Positions 21,520 to 30,912 of a stretch of 64,000 bases of DNA are shown one piece after another (the stretch's first letter is position 1; every line of letters begins with the position of its first letter). The stretch spans positions 256,001 to 320,000 of the forward strand of contig OY969767.1 of the NCBI GenBank assembly GCA_963702895.1, written 5' to 3'. The DNA comes from an uncultured Elusimicrobia bacterium. Lineage in GTDB: Bacteria > Elusimicrobiota > Elusimicrobia > 2-01-FULL-59-12. The notes below the pieces were generated by a model, which saw nothing but the letters and a program-made list of their open reading frames with translations, was not told where the DNA came from and ran no database searches. Made by a program: the position numbers and the translations under genes.

Positions 21520-21606
21520 GGGGACGTTCCTTCACAAACGTCACAAACTCTTGGCCTGCAGTATAGGGCTCATCGGAGTTTGTGACGTTTGTGAAGGAAC
21601 GTCCCC
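21520..21606. repeat. 31-bp perfect inverted repeat with 25-nt spacer
   Basis: ggggacgttccttcacaaacgtcacaaactc (21520-21550) and its exact reverse complement (21576-21606). Confidence 0.9.
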
Positions 21607-21636
21607 AAGCCGTCGGATAAGGTAGAATTACCCTCG

Positions 21637-22680
21637 ATGTCGAACACTCTTCCCGACAATTTTGACGCTTGGGACCCCCTCCTCCAGAAGCAGATCGATG
21701 AGCTCATCGACCGCGCCGCCCCCGCCGTGCGCGAAGAGGACAACCGTGATCTGGTGCGTCAGATGATCGTCACGGCCCTTAAAGTGGAACATTCCCAGCT
21801 TGACCGCGGTGACGCCAAGATCCTCTCGCGGGCCATGCGCGAGTTGCGCTACGGTTTCCGGATCTTCAAAGACTATCGAGATAACCGCAAAGTGACTATC
21901 TTTGGCTCCGCGCGGACCTCACGGGATAGCGCCGAATATCGACAAGCCCTTCATTTCTCCAGGCAGATGACGAAGCACGGCTTTATGGTCATCACAGGCG
22001 CGGGACCCGGCATCATGAAGGCCGGCAATGAAGGTGCTGGGAAGAACAAGAGCTTCGGCATCAACATCAAACTTCCTTTTGAACAGACCGCCAACGAATT
22101 CATTGGCAAAGACCCCCGTTTTATCGACTGCCGGTTTTTTTTCACGCGCAAGCTCATGTTCATCAAAGAAACCAGCGCCGCCGCCTTTTTCCCGGGAGGG
22201 TTCGGAACCCACGATGAAGCCATGGAAACCCTGACCTTGGTCCAAACTGGCAAGTGCGATATCATGCCGATTCTGCTGATCGATGTCCCGGGGGGAAGCT
22301 ATTGGAAGGATTGGCTGAAATACATCGAGAAACACTTGCTCAAGGGGGGGAAGATTTCACCGGAAGACGTCCATATCTTCAAAATCACAGACGATATCGA
22401 AACGGCGGTCCAAGAGATCGTTAAGTTTTATAAGAACTACCATTCCATGCGCTATGTGAAGGATGATTTGGTGATCCGTTTAATGAAATCGCCTTCCAAG
22501 GCGCTCCTCGAAAAGCTCAACGTTCAGTTTAAGGATATCTGTGTCAAAGGCGCTATTGTGTCCAGCCCCGTTCATCCGGACGAAACGGATCATGTGGAGC
22601 TTCCCCGGATCTCTCTGCGCTTTAATCGCTTGAGCTTCGGGCGTTTGCGTCAGTTGATCGACTGTTTAAACAACGACTGA
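21637..22680 (+). CDS. LOG-family (TIGR00730) nucleotide phosphoribohydrolase
   Basis: 'TIFGSAR', 'TGAGPGIM', 'FFFTRK', 'PGGFGTHDE'. Confidence 0.9.
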   Translation: MSNTLPDNFDAWDPLLQKQIDELIDRAAPAVREEDNRDLVRQMIVTALKVEHSQLDRGDAKILSRAMRELRYGFRIFKDYRDNRKVTIFGSARTSRDSAEYRQALHFSRQMTKHGFMVITGAGPGIMKAGNEGAGKNKSFGINIKLPFEQTANEFIGKDPRFIDCRFFFTRKLMFIKETSAAAFFPGGFGTHDEAMETLTLVQTGKCDIMPILLIDVPGGSYWKDWLKYIEKHLLKGGKISPEDVHIFKITDDIETAVQEIVKFYKNYHSMRYVKDDLVIRLMKSPSKALLEKLNVQFKDICVKGAIVSSPVHPDETDHVELPRISLRFNRLSFGRLRQLIDCLNND

Positions 22681-23142
22681 TTCGGTAGGTTTGGAAGGCA
22701 AGGAAAACGAGTCCAAGCGAAGCAGCGGCGCCGACGGCCTCACAAACGCCTTCTTAATCGACTCGATGAGATCCGGCAGGATACTCATGAACGGTTTACG
22801 CATCGCCACAAATTCCACTGCCTGTCCGAACCGCATGCCTTTCGAGCAGAGATAAGCGATCACAATCGAAGGCGATCGGCCTACGCCTCCATCACAGAAG
22901 ACCAAAATCCTCTTCGTATTGATGTGCTGATCGATATATTCCGCGGCCTCCATGAGGCGGAAGGCTGGTATGGGCATCATGTCATGGATTTGGAGCTTCA
23001 GGTAGGGTTTGTCGCCGAAGAGGGTGGGGTCGATGTCGATTTCTGAGGCGACATTTAGAAACGCATCAAAATGCTCGATCGCATTTCGCGCGTCGATCGC
23101 GTTGCCAACGGCCAAGTGCTCGAGGATATATTTCACGGGCAT
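22666..23142 (-). CDS. Dual-specificity (Cys-based) protein phosphatase
   Basis: CX5R loop 'VFCDGGVGRS'. Confidence 0.85.
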   Translation of the reverse strand: MPVKYILEHLAVGNAIDARNAIEHFDAFLNVASEIDIDPTLFGDKPYLKLQIHDMMPIPAFRLMEAAEYIDQHINTKRILVFCDGGVGRSPSIVIAYLCSKGMRFGQAVEFVAMRKPFMSILPDLIESIKKAFVRPSAPLLRLDSFSLPSKPTESVVV

Positions 23143-23187
23143 CCGCTCTGGACAGCTGCACTATCCTATATTGGCTTGCGGCACTTG

Positions 23188-23997
23188 TCAAAACGAAGCA
23201 TGGAGGGTCTTGAGAGCCCTCGCACTCCGTTGCTCAAGCGTCTTATGGCCTCGGAGTCTCCAGGCCTTCCAAAACCTTCTGGCCGTCTCGTGCTGGGCCG
23301 CCCTCATCTCTTTCCGAAGTGAGCGGCTCTGCTTCTTGGCCAGATCTTTGAGGAGCTTTCGGCTGGCGCGCGCGTCCTGATGGCGGCCCAGATAGCCCTG
23401 CCAGAGCGCGGCCTCAAGGGCCAGCCGTTTCAACGGAGGACCGCCGAATGGGATGAGGAGGTCCGCGCGATAGCGCAACCGACGGATCGCGCGCCGTAAA
23501 GGGTGCATGAGAGACTTTTTCTTAGCCTTTGGCCGTTGACGCAAGAGACGATCGAGGTCTTGCCAGGCCCGCTCCAGAGCCGCACGAGCGGCCGATCGGT
23601 CCTTGGCGGGGCCTTGAGATCGAGCTTGGCCAATGGATTGCATGGCCCTTGCCAAACGGGCGAAAGTCCGCCGACGAAACCGGAGGCGGATCTTCTGGTG
23701 GAAATTCAAACGGTGGACGTTGAGGATTTCCAGGAGGTGTTTGTGTTGAGACGAGGAGGTGGAGGAGCTCCTCAGGCGCTGCCAAAGCATCTCGACGTCG
23801 CGGGCTTTGCCCAAGTATGGGTTGAGGCTCGCGAGGGACGGCAAGGGAGTCCCCAGCAGCCGCAACGCTTCTTGGCAGCGTCGGGTGCTCACCCGAAGCT
23901 CGTGCACGGCATCCGGCCCTGCACGCCCGTGAGCGAAGGCGGCGACGCAGGTGTTCCAGCGGCGAACTTCCCGGGCTAAGAGCGAGGCCAAGGTCAT
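23188..23997 (-). CDS. CHAD-domain (polyphosphate-binding) protein
   Basis: 'VHELRVSTRR', 'LGKARDVE', 'HPLRRAIRRLRY', 'QGYLGRHQD'. Confidence 0.88.
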   Translation of the reverse strand: MTLASLLAREVRRWNTCVAAFAHGRAGPDAVHELRVSTRRCQEALRLLGTPLPSLASLNPYLGKARDVEMLWQRLRSSSTSSSQHKHLLEILNVHRLNFHQKIRLRFRRRTFARLARAMQSIGQARSQGPAKDRSAARAALERAWQDLDRLLRQRPKAKKKSLMHPLRRAIRRLRYRADLLIPFGGPPLKRLALEAALWQGYLGRHQDARASRKLLKDLAKKQSRSLRKEMRAAQHETARRFWKAWRLRGHKTLEQRSARALKTLHASF

Positions 23998-24049
23998 AGG
24001 ATGAGTTCTCCTGTGGCGTATAGGCAACGGTGGTGCGCTCCAGCGTCTC

Positions 24050-24547
24050 TTAAATCCGAAGGAGGAGCTTCGGGGTGACGAGCCACCGGAGGCTGGCCAC
24101 GCGGCGACCTTGGATCTGTTCCACATCGATCCGGCATAAGCCGCCTTTTTTTAAGTCGATGCGGAGTCGCTTTCTTGAGCCGATCAACCGTGACGCCAAG
24201 GTGGACAAGTAGGGCTCATGCCCCACGATCCAGAGCGTGGAGCCGGCGGGGTAATGTCGGACCATGCTCTTGAAGAACCGTTCTGGATGTCCTTGCGGCG
24301 ACAATTCGCTCTCTTGCTGGATCCTCTTCTTGTGTCGGAGGCACTCCGCAAGGATTTGGGATGTTTGAGTCGCTCTCGCATAAGGACTGCTCAGGATTCG
24401 GTCACACGTGAGGCGAATAGGCCGGAGGGCCGTGCCGATCTGACGCATCCTCTTCTTCCCTTCGGTGGTCACGGGCCGGTCCGCGTCTCTTCCATGCCAC
24501 GTCGCGCGGTCGGCTGCGATCGCATGGCGCAAAAGATAGAGGATCAC
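24050..24547 (-). CDS. sixA: Phosphohistidine phosphatase SixA
   Basis: 'LYLLRHA', 'SSPYARATQT', 'IVGHEP', 'LKKGG'; GTG start. Confidence 0.9.
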   Translation of the reverse strand: MILYLLRHAIAADRATWHGRDADRPVTTEGKKRMRQIGTALRPIRLTCDRILSSPYARATQTSQILAECLRHKKRIQQESELSPQGHPERFFKSMVRHYPAGSTLWIVGHEPYLSTLASRLIGSRKRLRIDLKKGGLCRIDVEQIQGRRVASLRWLVTPKLLLRI

Positions 24548-26658
24548 GTGGAGGACTCCTTGTGCTTGGCGGAGGGGGCGCCGTAGGTGGTGGCCACGGT
24601 CGGTCTTTGCGGCTTAAGCTCCCCAGGAACGGCCTTGAGCGCAGCGGTCTGTTCCTCCAGCGCACGCTGACAGAGAACGTCCTGGGCACGCAGTTTCTTG
24701 CGGCTTCCCGCTTCGCTGCGAACGTACGAGCCATCCGGCAGGAGGATCCAGGACTTCACGGTGTCTCGAAAATAGAGATCGAGCGCCTCGATCAAGCGCT
24801 TTTTGCTCGGCGCGTCCTCCACGGGGAATAAGATCTCGATCCTCTTGTCGAGGTTGCGCGGCATGAGATCGGCGCTGGAGAGGTACACCTCCGGATCGCC
24901 GTCGTTTTCAAAATAATAGATGCGACTATGCTCGAGGAATTGATCGACGATGCTCACGACTTGGATATGGTCACTGAGGCCCTTCAGGCCAGGCCTTAAG
25001 CAGCAAATCCCTCTCACGTTGAGTTGGACTCGGACCCCCGCGCGAGAAGCCTCATAGAGAGCCTCGATGATTTCTGTGTCGACCAACGAATTCATTTTCA
25101 GTCGTATGAGGCCTGGTTTTTCGGCTGAACGCCGCATGGTTTCCCTGCGTATGAGACGGAGCAGTTTGCGCCTCAGGCCGAAGGGCGCCACTTCGATCTT
25201 TTTCCAGGACGCTGGCTGCGAATAGCCCGTAATCATATTGAAGAATGCGGCGAGGTCGCCGGCCATCGCCTCATCCGAAGTCAGGTATCCGATGTCCGAG
25301 TAAAGGCGCGCGGTGCGGGCGTTGTAATTGCCAGTCGACAGATGCACATAGCGCTTGATGCCGTCTTGCTCCCGGCGAATGACCAGGCAGGCCTTGGCGT
25401 GCGTTTTATACCCGGCGATGCCGTAGAGGACGCTCGCCCCTCTGTGCATCAAGCGCTTCGCCCATTCGATGTTGCTTTCTTCGTCAAAGCGAGCTTTGAG
25501 TTCCACAAGGACCGTCACGCGCTTGCCGTTTTCCGCCGCTCGTTCGAGAGCTCCCAGGATGCGCGAGTCGGGGTCTGTCCGGTAAAGCGTCTGTTTGATG
25601 GCCAGCACATCCGGGTCGTCGGCCGCGCTGTCTAAAAAGTCGATCACAGGCTCAAAACTTTCGTAAGGGTGCATGAGAAGAACACTCTTCTGGCGCATCA
25701 GCGTCCACACGTTGTCGCTTCGCTTAAAATCCGGTGAAAGACAAGGTTCCCAGGCGGGGCGTTTCAGAGGCTCAAATCCGGGTTGCAGCGCAAGCTGGGC
25801 GATACTCTTGATGTCAAACCATCCCGGGTTCACCTGGATATCCTGAGGTGAGACCTGGAGTGACTGCTGAAGGAACTTGACCCAGGCCTGGTGTGCGGAC
25901 ACCTCCAGCCGGACAATCTCAGCCTGTCGGCGTTCCTGGAGGGCCTCCGACATGACGTGAAGGAAGTCTTCTTCCTTTTCTTCATCGAGCGTGATCTCGG
26001 CTCCACGGGTGAGGCGCATCAGGCCTGTTTCGACAATCTCATAGCCCGGGAAAAGCTCCGAAACGAAGTGAGAGATCAGGTCTTCCATCAGGATGAAGGG
26101 GAAATCCTTTTCAGTCGGGAGAAACAAGATCCTCGGATGACTCTTCTGCGGGATCTCCACGGCCGCAAAGCGCATCGGACCTCCGGGTTGGTTGTCTTTG
26201 AGGCTGAGCACGAGATGCAGTTTGAGGTTGCGCAGCGGCGGGAAGGGTCGTTCACTGGATAAGGCGATTGGCGTCAGGACAGGAAAGATCTCATTCGCAA
26301 AATGAAGGCGCAGATAGTCCAATTGCGTCGGAGTGCACCGGTCGGGCGTGAGCCGCAGGAACCCTGCCGCCTGGAGCTCCGGGACGATATGGTCCATAAA
26401 GGTTCGGTTCATGTCCGATCCAAGCGTTCGGGCCTTGTCTCGAACGCTGTCCAGCTGGTCTTGAGAGTTCTGGAGGCTCGCCACGCGCACCATGTAGAAC
26501 TCGTCGAGGTTGGAGCTGACGATACCGACAAATTTGAGTCTTTCAAGGAGCGGCAACGAGAGGTCTTTGCTCTCGGCCAGAACGCGGGCATTAAACTCCA
26601 GGGCTGAGAATTCCCGGTCGAGGTACCTCATTTGCGGATCCGCGTGCGGAGGGGTCAT
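24544..26658 (-). CDS. ppk1: Polyphosphate kinase 1
   Basis: 'SSNLDEFYMVRVA', 'HPYESF', 'ELKARFDEE', 'KTHAK', 'LEHSRIY', 'SADLMPRNL'. Confidence 0.97.
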   Translation of the reverse strand: MTPPHADPQMRYLDREFSALEFNARVLAESKDLSLPLLERLKFVGIVSSNLDEFYMVRVASLQNSQDQLDSVRDKARTLGSDMNRTFMDHIVPELQAAGFLRLTPDRCTPTQLDYLRLHFANEIFPVLTPIALSSERPFPPLRNLKLHLVLSLKDNQPGGPMRFAAVEIPQKSHPRILFLPTEKDFPFILMEDLISHFVSELFPGYEIVETGLMRLTRGAEITLDEEKEEDFLHVMSEALQERRQAEIVRLEVSAHQAWVKFLQQSLQVSPQDIQVNPGWFDIKSIAQLALQPGFEPLKRPAWEPCLSPDFKRSDNVWTLMRQKSVLLMHPYESFEPVIDFLDSAADDPDVLAIKQTLYRTDPDSRILGALERAAENGKRVTVLVELKARFDEESNIEWAKRLMHRGASVLYGIAGYKTHAKACLVIRREQDGIKRYVHLSTGNYNARTARLYSDIGYLTSDEAMAGDLAAFFNMITGYSQPASWKKIEVAPFGLRRKLLRLIRRETMRRSAEKPGLIRLKMNSLVDTEIIEALYEASRAGVRVQLNVRGICCLRPGLKGLSDHIQVVSIVDQFLEHSRIYYFENDGDPEVYLSSADLMPRNLDKRIEILFPVEDAPSKKRLIEALDLYFRDTVKSWILLPDGSYVRSEAGSRKKLRAQDVLCQRALEEQTAALKAVPGELKPQRPTVATTYGAPSAKHKESST

Positions 26659-28245
26659 TTAGGTTCGGGTGTTCGCGGTCGCGCCGCCTGGCGACGGCGT
26701 GCCTTGCCGCAGAGACAACGAGACCCCCAAGATGTCCAAGAGCATGTCCGCTTTCCGGGACAAGGATTGGCGTTCGAGCGACAGGTCCCCCACATCGTCG
26801 GGGACCCAGAGGTTGCATTGGGAACCTTTTCTTTCGATGGTGAGGGTGTTGCATTTCTGCTGATGGCTCGCGTCAAGGCCTTCCGCAACGCGCAGCAGGG
26901 CAGAAAGCTTCGAGACGATCGAACGATCCGCGCGTGGCAGAGCAATATAGTTGGGATGGGTCAGTTTGGGCTGGGAGCGACGATGGTAGCGGGCGACGTT
27001 CGCCACAATATCCTTATCCGCTTTGCGCAGCCCAAAAATCTCAGCGGATTGGATCAGGTACGCGCTGTGCTTATGATGGCTGGAAGCGGCGATGAAACTC
27101 CCGATGTCATGCAGGTGGGCCGCGACCTCAAGCAGTAAGCGCTCCCGCGGTCCGAGGCCATGGTCTTGCTGGAGCGCCTCAAAGAGCTTCAAGGCGATGG
27201 CCGCGACATTCTGGGCATGGGTTTCGTCGTAGTGGTATTTCTTTCCCAGATTTTTGGCAGAGCGGATGACTTGCCGGGAAAGATCGGTGCGCTTATTGCC
27301 GGAGATGAGTTGCGCCATCTCGAGGAGCAGGCCGTCACGAATGCTCACCATCGGCGCAAGGATCTTTTCGGCTTTGGTTTCAGCCAGAAAATTAGCGTAG
27401 AGGAGAAGGGACGCATAAAGCGTTTCCGCATCCGTATAGGGGATGCCGTAGGTCTCGGAGATTTCTTCGGCCGGCATCTTCGAGAGCGATTTAAGAAAGT
27501 CCGTGAAGTCCTTGGCGGAGAAGGTGGCCAGGGGCCCCGCGTCCTTATTCGCTATCTCTTTGGCGATAAAGCGCATGCTCGCGCCCAGTGCGATGAAACA
27601 GTCGACGCTCCCCAAGTCAAATTCCCGGCGGAATTCATCAGCGATGGCGCTCACGCGGCGCTTGAGAATTCTCTGCAGAATCGCGGGATCGAGCTTCTCG
27701 GTTTCCGCTTGCTCAGGCAACCGGAGGGAGCCAATCGGCAAGGTTCTCGTGAGGGAGACCTCGCCTGAGAGCATGGCCATGAACTCGGTGCTCCCTGTGC
27801 CCACTTCAATGATCAGGCTGTTGTGCTGTTCAAGGTCAAAGCGCCCTTGAAGGGCGTGCTCAACGGCGATGAGGCCGAGGCGATTCTCCTCCGCCCCTTC
27901 GATGATTTCCACGTCAATGCCTGTGCGCACGAAGACCTGATCGATGAAGTTGTCGCGGTTGTTCGCTTCACGAACGGCGCTCGTGGCGATGGCGTGCATG
28001 CGCTTGACGCCGTAGCTGTCCAAAATGGATTTGAAGTTGATGAGGATCTCAAGCCCTCGCCGGATCGTGCCGGGCGCAAGTCGGCCCGTCTTGAAAACAT
28101 CTTTCCCGAAAGGGACCGCTTGCTGAAGGTTTTCAAGGTATCGAATGCTCAGATTGGGCCCGAGTTCCGCGACGACCGTGCGGATGGCGCTTGAGCCAAT
28201 GTCGATGACAGCAGCGATTTCAGTGCCGGCGGCGTCCTGGGCCAT
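26659..28245 (-). CDS. ppx: Exopolyphosphatase Ppx/GppA family with HD domain
   Basis: 'IDIGSSAIR', 'ATSAVREA', 'EVGTGSTE', 'LHDIG...HHKHS'. Confidence 0.9.
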   Translation of the reverse strand: MAQDAAGTEIAAVIDIGSSAIRTVVAELGPNLSIRYLENLQQAVPFGKDVFKTGRLAPGTIRRGLEILINFKSILDSYGVKRMHAIATSAVREANNRDNFIDQVFVRTGIDVEIIEGAEENRLGLIAVEHALQGRFDLEQHNSLIIEVGTGSTEFMAMLSGEVSLTRTLPIGSLRLPEQAETEKLDPAILQRILKRRVSAIADEFRREFDLGSVDCFIALGASMRFIAKEIANKDAGPLATFSAKDFTDFLKSLSKMPAEEISETYGIPYTDAETLYASLLLYANFLAETKAEKILAPMVSIRDGLLLEMAQLISGNKRTDLSRQVIRSAKNLGKKYHYDETHAQNVAAIALKLFEALQQDHGLGPRERLLLEVAAHLHDIGSFIAASSHHKHSAYLIQSAEIFGLRKADKDIVANVARYHRRSQPKLTHPNYIALPRADRSIVSKLSALLRVAEGLDASHQQKCNTLTIERKGSQCNLWVPDDVGDLSLERQSLSRKADMLLDILGVSLSLRQGTPSPGGATANTRT

Positions 28246-29231
28246 CAGTCCTCCCCTCCGAAACGGTCCCAGGCCCGTTTGGCCGCGCCCATGGCAATCG
28301 CGTAGTCGCCGAGCTTGGCGGCCGTCACTTTCACCTGGCGCGCCAGTGCCGGCATGGCTTGAGCTTTCATGGACCGGGTCGCTTCTTGCACGATGAGACG
28401 GGGCATGGCTTCGATCAAACCACCGCCTAAGACAATCATTTCAGGGTTGAGAATGTTCACCAGATCCGCCATGACGCGTCCGATCACGCGGGACTTTCGC
28501 AAGAGCAGCTCGTAAATGCCCCGGTCTCCCGCACGCAGAGCTTCCGCCAGCTGTCCGCTCTTGATATCGAGGATGTCCGTGCCGGCGGTTTCAAGCAGAA
28601 CAGGCGCCACTTGTCGGGCGGCGAGTGCCGCCGCTTCGGTGGCGATGGAGAGTCTCGAGCAGAGCGATTCAAAACACCCCTGGCGTCCGCAGCCGCAGCG
28701 CGCCCCATCGCGATCGATCTGCACATGGCCAATTTCCCCGGCGCCTCCGGTGGCGCCGCCATAGAGTTGACCATTGAGGATGAGCGCGCCTCCAATGCCG
28801 GTGCCGATGAAAAGCCCCACGACGTGGTTTGATCCCTTTGCCGCGCCAAATTGATGTTCCCCAAAGAGGCCAATATTCACATCGTTGCCGAGGACGACGG
28901 GAAGACCCAGCCGTTTGGTTATTTTGGCGGCCAGAGGGAATCGTTTCAAAAATCCCAGATTGGGCGAGGAGATGACGCGGCCGCGCCTTTCATCGATGAG
29001 CCCCGGACAGCCCATGCCGATCCCGGTCACTTCGGCCTTTCGGATGCCGCGGTGGCTGAGGAGTTCCTCGAAAGTCTCCGTAAGGTTATTCAGAAAAAAT
29101 CGTTCACCCTTCTGGGGTTTGCTGCGGGCCTTCACTTCGAAGAGAGGTCGAAACGCGCGATCGTAGAGAACGGCGAGAATTTTTGTTCCGCCCAGATCGC
29201 AACCGATGACATAGCGTTTCTTATTGCCCAT
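28245..29231 (-). CDS. ROK-family sugar kinase (glucokinase-like)
   Basis: 'DLGGTKI', 'NDVN', 'GTGIGG', 'GEIGH', 'CGCGRQGCFE'. Confidence 0.9.
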   Translation of the reverse strand: MGNKKRYVIGCDLGGTKILAVLYDRAFRPLFEVKARSKPQKGERFFLNNLTETFEELLSHRGIRKAEVTGIGMGCPGLIDERRGRVISSPNLGFLKRFPLAAKITKRLGLPVVLGNDVNIGLFGEHQFGAAKGSNHVVGLFIGTGIGGALILNGQLYGGATGGAGEIGHVQIDRDGARCGCGRQGCFESLCSRLSIATEAAALAARQVAPVLLETAGTDILDIKSGQLAEALRAGDRGIYELLLRKSRVIGRVMADLVNILNPEMIVLGGGLIEAMPRLIVQEATRSMKAQAMPALARQVKVTAAKLGDYAIAMGAAKRAWDRFGGED

Positions 29232-29322
29232 CAAGGACCTTCCCAATGCCCGTTAAGGAGGGCGCGTTTCTCGAGGGTATTATAGCTTCCCGGGGATGGC
29301 CAATGGGACGGCTTTTGTGCCC

Positions 29323-30012
29323 TTAAGCGGTCTTCTCTGGTTCGGGCTTTTGGTGTCCTTCCGAGTGGTGGCGGATATCCTTCCCGGCGACGACAAACAC
29401 CACATCTTCCGAGATATTGGTGGCGTGATCGGCGATGCGCTCGAGATTTCGGGCGATGAGGATCAAGTCGATCGCCCGCTTGATCGTGGCGGGATCGGAA
29501 ATCATATAGGTGAGGAGCTCGCGAAAGACCTGTTCCTTAAGTTCGTCGACTTGGTCGTCCCGTACCAGGACCGAACGCGCGAGATTCTCGTCACGGTTCA
29601 CGAAGGAGTCCAGGGCGTCTTTGAGCATTTTGCTGGCTATTTGGGCCATGCGCGGCACATCGATCAGGGGTTTGAGCGCCGGCTCCTGAAGCAAATACTC
29701 GGTCGTCTGGCTGATGTTGACCGCCTGGTCGCCGATGCGTTCCAAGTCCGAATTGATTTTCATGGCGGCGGTGATAAAACGGAGGTCGGAAGCGGTGGGC
29801 TGGTGCAGGGCGATCATCTGCAGGCAACGCTCATCAATTTCGATTTGAAGTTTGTTGACCTCGTCTTCTTGTCGGTACACTTCTTGGGTCAGTTCTTTCT
29901 TGCGGTCGGTGAGCGCCTTGATGGCGATATGGATCATGGTCTCGGTGAGACTGCCCATGTAGAGGATGCGTTCCTTGAGCTGCTGTAAATCCTGGTCAAA
30001 ATGTCTTTCCAT
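29323..30012 (-). CDS. phoU: Phosphate signalling protein PhoU (copy 1)
   Basis: 'QPTASDLR', 'DLERIGD', 'LERIADHATNI'; RBS ggaaagg before ATG 30012. Confidence 0.95.
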   Translation of the reverse strand: MERHFDQDLQQLKERILYMGSLTETMIHIAIKALTDRKKELTQEVYRQEDEVNKLQIEIDERCLQMIALHQPTASDLRFITAAMKINSDLERIGDQAVNISQTTEYLLQEPALKPLIDVPRMAQIASKMLKDALDSFVNRDENLARSVLVRDDQVDELKEQVFRELLTYMISDPATIKRAIDLILIARNLERIADHATNISEDVVFVVAGKDIRHHSEGHQKPEPEKTA

Positions 30013-30026
30013 AGTTCCTTTCCTTT

Positions 30027-30098
30027 CGTCATCCCCCGCGGACGTAAGCGGGGGATCCATCGGTGGATGGACCCCGGCTAACGACATGCCTGGGTGAC
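30027..30098 (-). repeat. Palindromic REP-like element, family A copy 2
   Basis: Reverse complement reads gtcacccaggca..gccggggtcc..ggatcccccgc..gcgggggatgacg. Confidence 0.8.
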
Positions 30099-30108
30099 AC
30101 CCTAGTCG

Positions 30109-30912
30109 TTACCCAAAACGGCCTGTGATGTAGTCTTCCGTGCGTTGGTCGCGGGGTGTCGTAAATAGAGTCCGGGTGTTGCCGAATTCGACCAACTCCC
30201 CCAAGAGCATAAAGCCCGCGCAATCTGAAACACGCGCTGCTTGCTGCATGTTGTGCGTCACGATCACGATAGTGTATTTTTCTTTTAAGGCGATCATCAG
30301 CTCCTCAATTCGCGCTGTCGCGATAGGATCGAGGGCCGAGCAGGGTTCGTCCATCAGCAGCACGTCAGGTTCTGTCGCCAGCAGCCGCGAAATACAAAGC
30401 CGTTGCTGTTGTTCTGGTGAAAGGCTCAGGGCCGATTCGCGAAGGCGACCTTTCACTTCCGTCCAGAGACCGGTGTGCGTTAAGCACCGCTCCACAAGGC
30501 CCTCCAAAGGGCCAAACGTTCGCAGGTTGTGAATGCGCGGCCCATACGCGACATTCTCGAAGATGGACAGAGGAAAGGGATTGGGCCTTTGAAAGACCAT
30601 GCCGACCTTCTTGCGTAGTGCGGCCAAGGCCATGGCTTTCCCATAAACGTCCTGACCGTCCAAGGAGACCCGTCCTTCGATGCGAACACCTTCAATCAGG
30701 TCATTCATCCTGTTGAATGTGCGAAGGAGCGTCGACTTCCCGCAACCTGAAGGGCCGATCATCGCGGTGATGGCTTGGGAAGGTATTCGTATCGAAACAT
30801 TGATGAGGGCCTGGAAGGCGTTATAGAAAAGATTAAGCCCCACGGTCTCTAGCTTGGGTGTCATGGCAAGAGAAGTGTGGTTTTTCATGAACGGCGCTTG
30901 CGTCGTGATCAT
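30109..30912 (-). CDS. pstB: Phosphate ABC ATPase PstB (degenerate signature LSPEQ)
   Basis: [41 protein letters not shown]. Confidence 0.93.
   Translation of the reverse strand: MITTQAPFMKNHTSLAMTPKLETVGLNLFYNAFQALINVSIRIPSQAITAMIGPSGCGKSTLLRTFNRMNDLIEGVRIEGRVSLDGQDVYGKAMALAALRKKVGMVFQRPNPFPLSIFENVAYGPRIHNLRTFGPLEGLVERCLTHTGLWTEVKGRLRESALSLSPEQQQRLCISRLLATEPDVLLMDEPCSALDPIATARIEELMIALKEKYTIVIVTHNMQQAARVSDCAGFMLLGELVEFGNTRTLFTTPRDQRTEDYITGRFG

Noticed and set aside
29281..29322. Possible Pho box ahead of the ROK-ppx-ppk operon
   Set aside because: No 11-bp-spaced half-site pair found; read-through from phoU or a PhoB-independent promoter is equally plausible
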